From Moniliella sp. 'wahieum' (Eukaryota), in NCBI GenBank assembly GCA_003971905.1, contig RSEE01000025.1:558001-622000 (forward strand): 64,000 bases of DNA. Reading direction: 5' to 3'. Positions within the stretch are counted from its first letter, which is position 1, and each line of letters opens with the position of its first letter. Shown here piece after piece: positions 51,404 through 63,608 of the stretch. The notes under the pieces are model-generated. The model was not told where the DNA came from, did no database searches, and was given only the letters and a program-made list of their open reading frames with translations. Both the position numbers and the translations under genes were made by a program.

Positions 51404-52978
51404 ATGACCTGGCACGCTCCGCCGAGACAAGTGTTGGCGAGCTCTCCGCCGCAGACCTGGCTCCGCTCCTGGCGCACCTCCTCAACGCGCCTGCCGCGCT
51501 GGCCCAGCAGCTCGCCGCCCAGGCTGCCGCCGCCATCGCCGAGCTCGACGCCGACAGCCGCCCCGACTCGTACGAGGGGCTGCTGGACGTGGCGCGGTAC
51601 TGTTGAAGACGATCCCCGCTGGGACGAGCAGGACCGGGTCCGCCTCGCCACATCCCACCCGCGCATTGGCGCTACTGTCCTTTCGGGTCCAAGCGCCAGC
51701 GAGCAACGAAAGGGGGATGCGGCGACCGTAGCGCGCCTGGCCCAGCTCAATGCGCTGTACGAGCAGCGCTTTCCAGCTCTGCTATGGACCACGTTCGTCA
51801 ATGGCCGTGGTCAGGAAGAGCTGGCCAAGGAGTTGGAGGACCTGCTGGGCGAGGCGAGCCAGGCCGATCCGGACGCCTTCCCCACCAGCCTCGTCCTCCC
51901 TCGGGGTTCGGCGGCGTGGGAAGAGGAACTGGAACGCGACATGGAAGCCCTGGGCCATTGCGTACGATCGGGCTGTCAAGCTGGCCCAGAATAAGGGGGA
52001 AGTACCCAACGCCACGCCTACTCCTACAGAGGAGGCCAGGTCAGAGGAGCCGGCACCTGTACCAGACCGGGCTTCTCTCCTGTTCCGGTCAGCCCAGCCC
52101 CGGGGCCAGAGCAAGATGAGAAAGATGAGGTGGTTCAGACCGCGCCAAAGACCGCTACAACCAAAACAACAAAGCCACGATTGCGGAAACTCAGAAAGGA
52201 AGGCCGTTTGTCTCCTTGCAACACTGCGGTTGCTTGCGCTCTCTTCCCCGTGCTCGAATCTTTCTTCGAAACGGACTTGCAGCAGTCTTTCTCGCTTGTG
52301 CCGCCGGAGCGCAGTGAAAGTGGCGGGGCATTTGCCTGGCATGCCGCGCCCATCTCGGGGTCGACGCCACGCGCCTTGCCAGGCGCCGGAGGATCCTCCT
52401 CGCTTCCTCGAGCTACAGTCGCGACGTGACACCTGGCGCACGCGGGCGCGTAGTGGGGTTCCTAGGTGGTCTGCTGGGCGAGGAAGGGAAAGCCAAGATG
52501 GACCAGCTGGCCGACTCGGTGGGCTCCCGACTACAGACCAAGAGCGTGGTAGGCCCCGTGCCTTCGTTTGTACATGAAGATGAGGGAGACCAGCGTGCGG
52601 CCGAGCGGAAAGCTACGTTTGGAGCACGGTTGGTTGGTGCCGTACGTGCTTCAGCATGGGGCGAAAGGCCGCCAGCGCCGCCTCCGAAAGAAGCCGTTCC
52701 GCCCCCGTGGTCTCTGACAAGGGCACAGAAGACGACCTGGTGCATAACCCCCAGCTTGCGGCCGAGCAGCTGCGCCAGGCCGCCGCCCAGGAACGCTCCC
52801 ACTTTGTTATTGATGAGGTGGCGGAGGGGGCAGAGAGTCCTGAGGCCGAGGGTGAGGCTGGGGAGACGGAGGAGGTGCCCGACTTGGACGCGCTCCCTGC
52901 GTTGGATGGGGGGGAGGGAGGCTGGAAGGGCAAGAGGCGCAGTTGGCCAAGGACCTCCGCTCTGCCCCGGCGCAATGA
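51404..52978 (+). CDS. OHCU decarboxylase-like domain fused to a Gyp2/TBC1D9-like C-terminal segment
   Basis: SHPRIG, SASEQ, LAQLNALYEQRFP, TFVNGR, W..ELER..AIAYDR, followed by LSLATLRLLALSSPVLESFFETDLQQSF after frameshift repair. Confidence 0.75.
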
Positions 52979-53057
52979 ACGGGCTGGACAGATCTGGACA
53001 GTGCATGCTACTTATCCGGGCAATGGTTGGGGCAAGTGGATAGGCTGGCAGTTCATT

Positions 53058-55152
53058 CTAAAGGACGTGGCGTGGCGTGGCGTGACAAGCATCGCATGCC
53101 AAGCAAAGGAGAGAGATGATACAGGAATGTGAGCAGAGGGATATTACTGGGGCAAGATCCAGAGGTGTGATCGCCCCAGATGGTGGGACGCAGACCAGTC
53201 TCTTGCATCCCATTGGGCAGGGCGGGGAGGACAAGCAGACCTCCCCTCCTGGTGGAGGAAATACAGGAACGAAGAATTTCCTTGGCTTGAGCAGGACGCT
53301 CGGCAAGCCTGGCGCACCTCTGCACGCACGGTGAAGGAGGAAATGGTCAAGGTGACTTTGGCCCTTCGTTTTCCATGGCGATAAGAGAGGGGTTTGCCAA
53401 CGCTGTTCGCTTCCTTCTACCGCCTCCTCTTCCTCCTTCGTATCAAAGGAGAAGACCAGCAAGGCGACTCGATCAAACCGGCCCAGGGAAAAAATAATTT
53501 CTCTCGCACGCGCCCGTGGGGTATCTTGGGACAGAAGCAGGACAAGATCCAGCGCACGGGTTGGGGCTCTTCGTCGGTGATGGTCAATGGTGCCGGAGCC
53601 GCACGGGCACGCATACGATCGTATACCAAGCGAGCGAACCAGGCGGATGCCTCCTCAGTCGATGAGAAACGGAGGAGACAAGGATCCTGCGGAGCGTTCG
53701 AGAGGGTTACTTCCACCTCGTTCGGGGCAACAAGGCGATACAAAGGCTGGTGGTAGTGGAAGATGCGTCCTTGGATCTGCAGCTGTCCCTGAAGCTCCCA
53801 AAAGAGTAGGAGCGCCTTTTGCATCAGTACCACCAAGAACTGACCCGTTCCCGCATGCGTTTCCACCGCAAGCCACTCGGCCAGCTCGGGGGCGCCATAC
53901 ACCTGCTCCTCGTGGGCGACAATCCTCCTTGGGCTACAAGCCGTCGGAGCATCCCCTTTGCCTCGTGGGCAAGAAGGATGGGAACTTGCGCGCCCTTAAC
54001 AGCCACCCAATCTACCTGCTGCGAGCCAGGGGCGACTAGCCCAGCTTGCTCCGACGGCAGGGGATGGGTAGGGCTCGGGAAATGGGACGAGGTAGCAGGC
54101 GCATTCCCCTCTGCCTTGACGGGCCCATTGAGCCCCAGTTCAGCCAAGAGGGCTGCGTTAGGCAAGGCTGTTTTACACGGCGGAGCTGCGTCGGATGCTG
54201 GCAGACGCACCCCTCGCACTGTCGGCGGTGAAGCGATGGTGGGACTTGGGACGACAGTGGGCGGGGGAGATGCCTTGATGGGGCCGCAGCATTGTGCACA
54301 CTTTCCCCCGTCGGTAAAAAGGCGAAACAGTGGGCGTGCATGACATGTCCACAGGCCGGCACAAAGGGGGCCTTTTCACCCCGGATCCGGTGGGAGAGAC
54401 GCTCGCCACAGAGTGTACACGGTTTCCCTCCCATCAATGGTTTGGACCCCACGTTGGCGTACTTGGGAGAGGTGGGCATCATGGAACCGGCGACGCTACC
54501 CACCGTCGTGGTCGAGGCCGCGGTGGAGGCGAGCGAGGCGCTGCTTAAGCTTCCAATCGACTGTTGCGGCTCATTGTACTTTTTTGGTAAGCCTGCACGG
54601 GCGCGCAGGGCAGCAGCAAAGGAGTGGGTACGGGTGCGGGTGCGGGTGCGGGCGTGGAGTGGGGGTGAGAAAGGGAATGGGAATGGGTGCGCTGGCCTGC
54701 CAGTTGAGTGGTCGGGAAAGCAGGACACGGCGTCTCCTTGCTAGCCCACAGCGAGAGCGGCGTTTTAGGGGACGCGGGTCCAGATAGTGGGGCCAGGGGC
54801 GATGTGGGGGAGGAGGGGGGGGGGGCAAGGTACACAAAGAGGGCGAAGCTGCAACGCCACTTGCGCCACCGGGAGTACTGGGGTTATTATGGGGCGTGCA
54901 ATGGGGGGCCAAGGCCGGATTAGTGGCAGGGGGAGAAACGGGGAGGGAAACAACAGGTGAAAGGGGTGGAAGCGGCGGCGAGGACAGGGCCGGGAACTCC
55001 TGTGGTGAAGGAGCGGCGGTGGACCGGTGACGACGCGGCAGGAACCCAGCGAGGGTGGCGCGTCGGCGGGCGAGCGGCGTGGTGGTGGGTGCGGTGGGCG
55101 AGCCAGGCGGGGTGGAAGGTGGGAGGGAATGCTTGCGAGCAAAGAGGGGCAT
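53058..55152 (-). CDS. RING-H2 + PH domain protein, Far1/Ste5-like (divergent, C-terminally short)
   Basis: CTLC...RGE...PACGHVMHAHCF...CAQC RING, PH-like FLVVLMQKALLLF...LQIQGRIF...LRFSSTEEASAWFARL, and PLDLAPVISL resembling a vWA start. Confidence 0.55.
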
Positions 55153-56584
55153 TATGTGGCATCGAAAGGACAGGGGAGAAGGAGCCGGAGGGTGGAGGGT
55201 GGAGGCACGAAGACGAAAGCAGGCAAGGGGAGCGAAGGAGAGAGAGGAGAGATATGGGCGTCTGTTGCCGTCCAAAGGGTCCTTTTGTCCAACCGGTACC
55301 TACGGTCTGGGGACAGCTGCAGCCGGTGTTTTATCTCACAAACCCATCAGCAAGGCTTTGGTGCCCTGGTGTGCGTCTCTCGGTCGCACGCCGCCAAAGA
55401 GCCTATCAAGCGTGGGGCTCCTGCGCCAATGCGTCAGCGTCGTCAATATGATGCGGCGTGGGGGGGTAGGCAGGTGACGCACCGTTAGGCCCAGGTGGGG
55501 CAGGGGTATTGCCGGATGAAGCAGCGGTAGGCACATGCTCATCATTGACATCAAATTGATCTAGCCGAAAGGTACACCGCTCGGATCCATTTTCAGCCCT
55601 GCAAATAACGCAACCGTAGCGAAACTAGTGCTTTAAGCTTTACGCTTGATTAGGCGGCTGGTACTTAGTACTTAGTAGGCCAGTCTGCCCCAAGTGTATA
55701 CGTACGTCAAGACGATGAGACGCAAGACAGATATATTTCCTACCCCGCAACGCCGAAAACGCCGCCATCTCCGACTACTGCAAATCCCAGGGGGACGTTG
55801 ATCATGATCGGTGAGTTGTCTTCAGCACACCACCGCCGCTGTCATGCCAACATCCTCCATTCTTCCATTCCATCCCGGTATCAAGTCCCCTCACAGTATA
55901 CGACCTTCATTCCTTGGGTTTTCCTTCCGCATGTAGAGGGGAAGCGCGCGCAGGAGGGCCCGAGTACTACTATAAAAAAGTATGCCTCTACTTGCCAGGT
56001 CCCGACGGCCTTGGCCCTTCGTTCTTATCACTCTGGTACGTCCAGAACGTGCTGGCAACCCACGCTCACATCCAGGCTGCACGGATTCTAGCGTGCGCCA
56101 TCTAGGCTTCCGCGTGGTTGAGATAGGATATGGTGGTGGTATGGTCGATGGAAGTGATCAGCAAACAGCACGGTTGTCGCGGGGAACCATGTGCACCTCC
56201 GCGGGAGGTACAAGGGGGTGGTCAACGAGGTTAACCGTTGAGTCCTGGTGTACTTGACGATTGGGTTGGCCGTTGCCGACGGCCGAGTACAAGTGGTGTT
56301 GCCTCTGCCACGTGGGTGTCGAGACACCAGGACCAGGTTGTCCATCTGCAGCAAAGGTGGTGAACGTCGTGTGGTGGGTGAATGTGGTGAACGTAACACA
56401 AGGGGAAACAATTCAAACCTCGTGACATGTGACACGCGGCATGTGACGTCGTGACGCGTGACGTGCGGTGTGTGATCCACGATGCCAATTCCGCTGCTTT
56501 CGGCTTTCTGCGTACCACCCCGACATGCCATTCCGCCGCGTCGCAAGTCCCTTCTAACCACCATCGCAGCTGGACCGGTTGAGA

Positions 56585-57261
56585 ATGAGCGAGACGACGG
56601 CCGTGGCACCCACGCCACAAACAGTGCTCTACTGTCAAGTGTGCACCTTCCCCCCCGAGTACTGTGAGTTTGGAAACAGTGTGAGCAAGTGTCGTGCTTG
56701 GCTCGAGGAGGCCCACCCCGATGCCTACTCTGCCTTGTGGGGGGAACAGGCCACGGCGGCCAAGCTGGCTTCCATGAGCACCAAGGCGGCGGAAGAGCTG
56801 GAGAAGGACAGCGCCAAGAAAGAGCGCAAGGCGGAAGCCAAGGCCGAGCGGGAGCGTGCGCAAAAGGCACAAAACAAGATCATTGTTTCTCGTACTGCGC
56901 GGACCAAGAAAAGGTGATTACCACCATTGAGGGGCTGCACGTCTTCACTCCGCCTCTGCCGGCTCTCAAGGTTATCTCCAAAGGGTATGTATCGTTTGCT
57001 TCGGCGCGCTCTCTGGCTAGTGCCTGATCTGTGGGAGGTGGACTAACCTGTTTCCCTGGACACAGCCTTTCCTCCCGCTTTGCCACGGGGGCCTCGATCT
57101 CCAAGTCTGCCAAGAACCCGGCAGTAGAGGAAATTGTGGTGCAGGGCGATGTGGCGGACCAGGTGCGGGATTTGATTATCGCACGGCAAAAGCCGTTCGA
57201 CCAGCTCCCGCCCGAGAGTGCAGGTGGGCCGGCGGAGAATGCGATCGCCATCAACCGCTAG
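56585..57261 (+). CDS. TMA22: Density-regulated protein DENR / translation machinery-associated 22 (SUI1 domain)
   Basis: VLYCQVCTFPPEYCEFG...CRAWL...HP, RFATGAS, EIVVQGDV. Intron 56985-57065. Confidence 0.95.
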
Positions 57262-58068
57262 GCTAAGCGGCACGGTGTCGATTTCAGCGTCGATTGCTGG
57301 CTGCTGCGCGTTGACGTTCTGGGGGAATGAATCATCTCGTCTGTGGGTATATGAGGTGTGAGGTGGAGGCTCAACTTGGGCCGCATGCTTTAGATGACAG
57401 GGAGAGGGGGGCTGGCTGGGCTGGTTGAGCTACTAGGCAGCGCGGGATGCGCAGCGCAAGGCTGATTGGACATAGAGCGGCCAGAGGGAAGGGAAGGGCA
57501 GCTGGTGCAGAATAGGTTCTCTCAGCGCCTGGCAGCCCCCGAGGTGGGTGTGGCAAGGGTGGCATGTTGCTGCAGCACCTCATTCCGCAGGCTAGCTTGG
57601 GGGGGGGGGGGGGGGGGGCTCGTGGGTGTCCTTCCGCTTCCGGATGCGAACGGCGGCGGCGGAGGCAGTGGAGCGCCAGTGGGAAGGCGCACACAAGGCC
57701 GCGAATAAGCGCGGGGGCGGCCCAGCGCGGCGCGAAGATGAAGATGGCCTGGTGAGCACACACGGCGTAGCACGCACTGGGTACTGACTAAGGGGGGCCG
57801 CCGTCGGCCAGCCCCACCTGCTCGCCATCCCCACAGGCTCGCTTGCCAGCCCAGCCACGAATATGAATCGTCGCAGCGTCCCCCGGCGCACCGCACGTGA
57901 ACATCCCCCCGTCACGCGTCACCCGTCACACTCAGCCACGCCGCCCAAACGTCCGCGTTATCCGCTGGCCGCGGCGGCCCCAGCATCCATCCCGCGCTCC
58001 ACCACCTTCCCCACCCAGACCACCTCGTCCACACGGGGGCCTGCCTTGGCCACACCGGTACAGAGGCC

Positions 58069-60190
58069 ATGCCCCCGGACTCGCCCGCCGCCCCGCCCGG
58101 CGCCTCCCGGCCCTCCAAGGCCCGCCCCCGCCCCACCGCCGAGCAGCAACGCCGCCGCGACGCCGCCCTCGCCCAGGAGCGCGCCGAGTGGGAGCACACC
58201 GCGGCGCCGGCGCCGGTGTCCTGCGTCTGCTCGAGGAGCCCAACTGGCGGCGTGTCCATGCCGCCCGCCGCCGAGGAGTGGGGCCCGCTGATGTGCTCCC
58301 CTCGGTTGCCCGCATCGAGGCTGCTCCTCCTTCCGAGGTGCGCGAGGTGCCGAGCGCGGATCGGCTGCTTGCTACCGGCATTGGGGATTATACCCTGTTG
58401 CCCAAAATCCTGGGCCGCGGCAAGTCAGCACCGTTTTCCTTGCCGCCAAGCAGGGCAGACTCTATGCTCAAGCACACGCCGCTCTTCCCCCATCATCCTT
58501 ATCGCCACACGGTTGCTGCGGGAGCCTACGTTGCTCGCCGAACTGCCGCCTCACCCCAACCTGGTGGCTGTGTACGAAACGATTCGGACCCCGGGCACTT
58601 CTACCTCATCGAAGAGTACCTGGGCGGTTACGTGACACTCGAGAAGCTGCTCATGATGAAAAGCACCGTTCCCCTCCTGGCCTTCCTGCTTGCCTGCCCG
58701 CCGAGTGGGGAGCAAAGTGTTTTCCCAGCTCCTTAGTGCTGTCGACGCCATCCATCGCCCTTGCAAATCTGCCACCGGGACATAAACCTGAGAACATTCT
58801 TGTCCACCCAACTACTCTACAACTCAAGCTCCTCGACTTGGATTGGCCACCCACTACTCCAAATCCCAAGCCAAGCTCAGCACATGCTGCGGCAGCCCCG
58901 CCTTTCATTGCCCTGAGATTGTGCATGCGCTCTCCTCACCCTTGGGAGCAGCGACCTACTGGGGTCCCGAGGTTGATGCCTGGACCGTGGGGGTGACCAT
59001 GCTGCGAGTCTTGACCGGCGTACGCTACCCACTGGGTACATCCCACAGTTCGTTGCGCAACATGGCGATCCGCGCTCAGCGAGCTGTTGCGCTTGTGCCT
59101 GACCCCGAGTTGAGAAGACGGACAGGAATGCTACTGGACATGGATGCGATACAAAGGATGCGCAATTTCGAGCTGTTGGCGGGCGACTCCCCTTCTCCGC
59201 CAGAGAGGGGCGTCAAAGAATTCAAGTCTTCCACCTTTGTGCCTACCCCACCCACCCACCGGATCAATCTTCCGCTTCTGGTGGACAAGACAGGGCAAGC
59301 ACGTGTCTCACGTGCTCACTCCCATTCGAGAGGGGTCACCTCCCCTTCACCTTCCCGCGTTCAGTCTCAGCCATCTCTAGTCTCCGAAGGGTCCGTCCTC
59401 CTCACTCTGCTCAACCCCTCACAAGAACCAGGGGAAAAAGTGATGAGCTTTATCAAGTACGCGCTGCGATGCTTTGGGATCCTATACCATGCGTGGCAAG
59501 TGGATGAGGAGTGGGTACTCGAATGTGTTTGGGAGGTTCCCCCCACCCCAAACGCCGGGACTCTCTCCTTTGTGCAATCACTCATGTCCGCACTAGGGGA
59601 AAGGAAAAACGATCCTCCTCTACCCCTGTTACGGGGGAAGTACCCCGTCCAAGTCCAGGCCCTTCTGGACGAGAAGGTAAGATTCCCTGCTTGAGGTTTT
59701 ACATGGTCGTCCGGCCCTCGCGTACCAGGCGCTCCCCCAGCGCCCGCCCCACTCCTCGGTCCGCACTGTTTCCCGTCCAGGAGGAAGCCAAATATCCGAT
59801 CGAGGCAGCACCCTCACCCGCCCACTACGGAAACGAGTTCAGATTTTCCTTACCGACAGCCGTCCGCTCGAGGCGGTGGCTCATGCCCTGAGCCTCGGGG
59901 GCACGCAGACTGCCGAGGAAGAAGAGGAGGAAGAAAGAGGACGACGTCCCCATCCCCGCCGCCCATCGTTGGCACCGAGCTCTACTGTGTCGGAGGAACG
60001 TGGGGGAGACACCAGCCGCCACACATCGCTCGTTTCGGATTCTGTAAGAGGAGAGAGGGGGCGGACGAGGGAGCGGGAGCCATGGGAGCGGGGGGTGCGG
60101 CACGCGGTGCAGGACCTGAATCATGTTCTTCGTGGGGAAGAACGAGGGAGGGGCGTAGCTCACCTGGCCTCGTCCCTTTCGCTAGGGAGA
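58069..60190 (+). CDS. Ser/Thr protein kinase (CAMK group) with KA1-like C-terminal region
   Basis: ILGRGK, HPNLV, CHRDIKPENIL, KLLD, CCGSPAFHCPE, GPEVDAW, then IKYALRCFGILYH...VLECV. 3' boundary uncertain. Confidence 0.88.
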
Positions 60191-60214
60191 GGCAGGAAGA
60201 GATACCCCCGCCAA

Positions 60215-61517
60215 TGTTGGAGCAGACCTTTACCATTTTGCTGCGCTCACACCCTGCTTGGGCGTAGAATCGCTCGTTCCCGATGGCATGCAAATCTTGA
60301 GCATTTTATCTCGCCGCGCTGCTCCCGAGAAGTCTTTGTCGCATTGCTCGAACGTATGGAAGTCCTCGAACGACTGGATACACCAACCACCAACCTTTCT
60401 CAGGTTCAGTGGGACCCAGTGAAGGAGCTGATCGCCCTTCTCAGCTGTTGGTCCTTAGTACGTACCTCCTCCTCCCACTATTCCCTTCATACTGTGTCCG
60501 CTGACTCTTGGTCCCTGTCCAGTCATACCCCGGCTCGAGTCGAAACAGCCTTACAAATTCACGGATGAACTGCTACGCGTCTTACCCAAAGCAGTGGCTG
60601 CCCAACCCCTCTGTGCTCTATGTCACCTTGTGGCAGAGCTGTGCACTGTCCTCCACTCTTGGGCTGGATACCAGGTGCATTCTAAGGACGCAGGGGGGGT
60701 GGAAGCACTCTGTCTCTCCGTGATGGCTAAGCTCGTTCCGCTTTTCCCGCCCCTCCATTCGCCTAATCCTGCCCAATCTCTCGAATCAGAAAATGATGCA
60801 AGAATCAGCCCGCTATCGCACACTACTTCAATGGACACCATTTCTCACCAAGCGCCGAACGGTTTGGCGAAGAACACTCCTAATGGCACCGCCAATGGTA
60901 TCCATCCCCCTGGTGACCCCCCCTCCCGTCCCCCACCTTCCCCCCCATGGGAGGAGATGGGTGAAATGCTGCGCACCCTCCATATTTCGCTCTGGGCTTC
61001 TATTCAAGTTTCCTCGCCCGACGCGTTTCCCCTACTCGTACACCTCCTTGCCCACGATGTCGAAGTGGATCTGCCCCCGCCGCGTACCTGGTCCTCCCAG
61101 ACCGGCGGGAAGCTGCTGCAGAGCATGGTGGAGAGGCTGCCAGCCTCGTCAGACGAAGGGATACAATGGGTTTCCTGGTGCCTTGCCACGTCTCCCCCGC
61201 CATCGATTGTCCTCCCCGTTGCTCGCGCTCTCTTTCCCGATGTCCTCCCTCTTCTCCGTTACCTCGAAGACGGAGCAGGACCGCTCCTACAAGAGTGGAT
61301 GAGTCAGGATCCTACGGCGACATGGGACTTGGCTGTGCAGCTGGTTCGTTCCCAGCCGAGCGGCGGTGTCGACTTGCTTACTTCCTTGGTACGAGTAGGT
61401 CCACCCGAGGCCGCGACTTGGTTCGAGCAACTGCGACGTACCGAGCCAAGAGCTCACCAGGTGCCTGGCGAGGAAGATACGCAGATTGCCGCCCAACTAG
61501 GCACGTTAGAGATGTGA
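60215..61517 (+). CDS. Helical hypothetical protein or C-terminal extension of the kinase (weak glomulin/Ybp1-like motif)
   Basis: 307-aa open frame, intron 60458-60522, CS(P)REVFVALLE motif. No clear intergenic gap from the kinase. Confidence 0.55.
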
Positions 61518-61767
61518 TTTCTGAAGGATCTATTCCGTCGATGCATGTTTAACGTTTATCAGCCAAGCCGGGCCTGGTCCTGGTACTTGTGGTTCTGAAG
61601 CCAGGTGGAGGGGCAAGGTGAAGAGTGGGGTTTCTAGCAAGTCTGTAGCGCCTGTAGGACGTTCAAGGTTCCCGCTCAAAGGGGTTATTATGGTTACGGG
61701 CCTTGCCCCTTATGGACAAGCCGTGGGCGCGCTGCGCTAGAATGGCAAAAAGGATGCCAAAAAGGTG

Positions 61768-61868
61768 TGCTTCGTGCCAGGCTCGAACTGGCGACCTCAG
61801 GATGACGTGGAAGAACCACTCATACAGGCGTATGAGACCTGCGCGCTAGCCAACTGCGCCAACGAAGC
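61768..61868 (-). tRNA. Elongator tRNA-Met(CAT) with 27-nt intron (61804-61830)
   Basis: Acceptor stem GCTTCGT/ACGAAGC, D arm GCGC-AGTTGGCTA-GCGC, CTCATA then intron at 37/38, GTTCGAG T-loop, T31:T39 typical of fungal Met-e, T5 terminator just downstream. Confidence 0.95.
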
Positions 61869-62004
61869 AGCTTGGCTTTGCGGAGAGTTTTAGTTTCGAG
61901 TCAACACAGTTGGAATTCATGTCCAAACGACACGATACAAAAAGTAGATTAAACCGTAACCGCGGCCACCTCAAGCGTTTGCTGAGTACAAATAATGGCC
62001 AACG

Positions 62005-62939
62005 CTACAGCCAAGGCAAGGTCAAAGTGCGGTGCGACTGGACCGTACACATGCCCGCGTGAGAACGAAGACCGAGAGGTTCAGTTAGCGTCTGTAGTGA
62101 ACACATGCATGATCGTATAGAGGGGGCAGGGACGAACCTTCGATCACTGCATCTGTCTTGATTCCACTGCGCTCCTTGATTAACACAAGGGGCGCCTTCC
62201 CCCCCTGTGGATCTTTGACTTTGATCTGAGCCACGGCAAGTCGCCGGGTGCGAATCTCGCACTGCACCGCCCCCCCATCCAAGTTGGTGGGGATCACGAA
62301 CGCAGAGCGCGATCGCACTGCGGAGCGCTTGAGTACATGGAACAATTCGTCAGGCGGAAACGTATCGGATTCGCTGAGAGCACCCAAATTAGCAAGATGA
62401 ACTTCTTTCTTAAATGTCCCAGGACGGACAGCTACCCAGCCTTGGAACGAGTACATAACGTGATGTAGACTCATCAAGGGGCCCTGGGAGTCTGACAAGA
62501 CAATCTCCTGGTTCCTTCGCATCATGGCCTTGGGATCTCCCAGGATTGGAGTGCCAGTGTAGGAGAAGAGAGGAGGCGAACCGGCGCCCTATCACACAGT
62601 GCAGAGAAAACTCCAGAGTAAGTTTGGGGGGGTAGGAAGAGTAAAAGGGGGGACGGAACGTACGGACCCGCGCACAATAGAAACATCGGTTCGGCTGGAT
62701 AGAATGGAGGACCGCTTGAGGCGAAGGAGAATAGGCTGGTCGTGGGTAGCATACTGAGGGAAGAGACCGTAATGGGCCATGCCCAGGTCAAAGCGGGATA
62801 CGTAGGGTGGCGGTTCTTCTTCCCCCTCCGCCTCGGTGAGCCCCAGAGACCATACCGAGTCATCGTCATCCGAGTAGGCTGGCGAATCGGCGGCGAGGGC
62901 GTCGTCCTTGGTTTTGCTGTTGCTAAAGGGCAGGATCAT
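62005..62939 (-). CDS. Hypothetical intron-containing protein (possible Tubby-C/LURP-one-like)
   Basis: Consecutive minus ORFs with intron signals. QPILLRLK..ILS...DVSI is only suggestive. Confidence 0.4.
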
Positions 62940-63608
62940 TGATGTGAATGTCAGCACGGAGGGCGCGGAAGATGAGGTTTGCCGATCTCAGGCCAGCCGC
63001 GTTGCAGATATAGGGAAGCAGAATGCCATGGATGGTCGAGGGAGAGCGAAGCGGAGGTCGGAGGGTATGTGGGCTGCGAGCTGCGGACAGTGCTGCGACG
63101 CAACACGTGCTCTGCGTCAACGTCTGTTCAATGTTGCATCCAGTCAACCGCTGCGGCAATAAGCCACCACACATGACGTCACCCATTGCGCCCCCCGGAG
63201 TCTGGCAGCCTCTAACCGGCAGCACACGTGCATATCGTAGGCCTGCTGGTCTACCCCGGTATCGGTCTCGCAGACGGTGTGAAGCCTGGGGGAGCAGGTC
63301 GAAATGAAGCGACCAACATGCCAGCAACGGTACTATCGGCCCAATCAACCAACCGCGAGTTTGAACTCCCTCTTTCATTCTCATCTGAGACCAACTAGAG
63401 TGTGTTGAGCCACCGTGTGGGTGGCTCCAGTGTGGGCCAAACGTCCCCTTTCAGCCCCACCTCCCAAGCCTAGGAGTTCCGTGGTTTTCTCGCTCCCGTG
63501 TTTTCCTAGTTCCGCGGCCTACTTAGCCCCTAATGGCAACTGGCTGGCTGATGTTACCCTGTACTAGTAGGCGCAGCATTGACCACCATCACCACCACTA
63601 CTAGCGCC

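Noticed and set aside
28116..61868. Functional clustering of TPT1 with the intron-containing tRNA-Met
   Set aside because: 33 kb apart with unrelated genes between, and both are ordinary in fungi.
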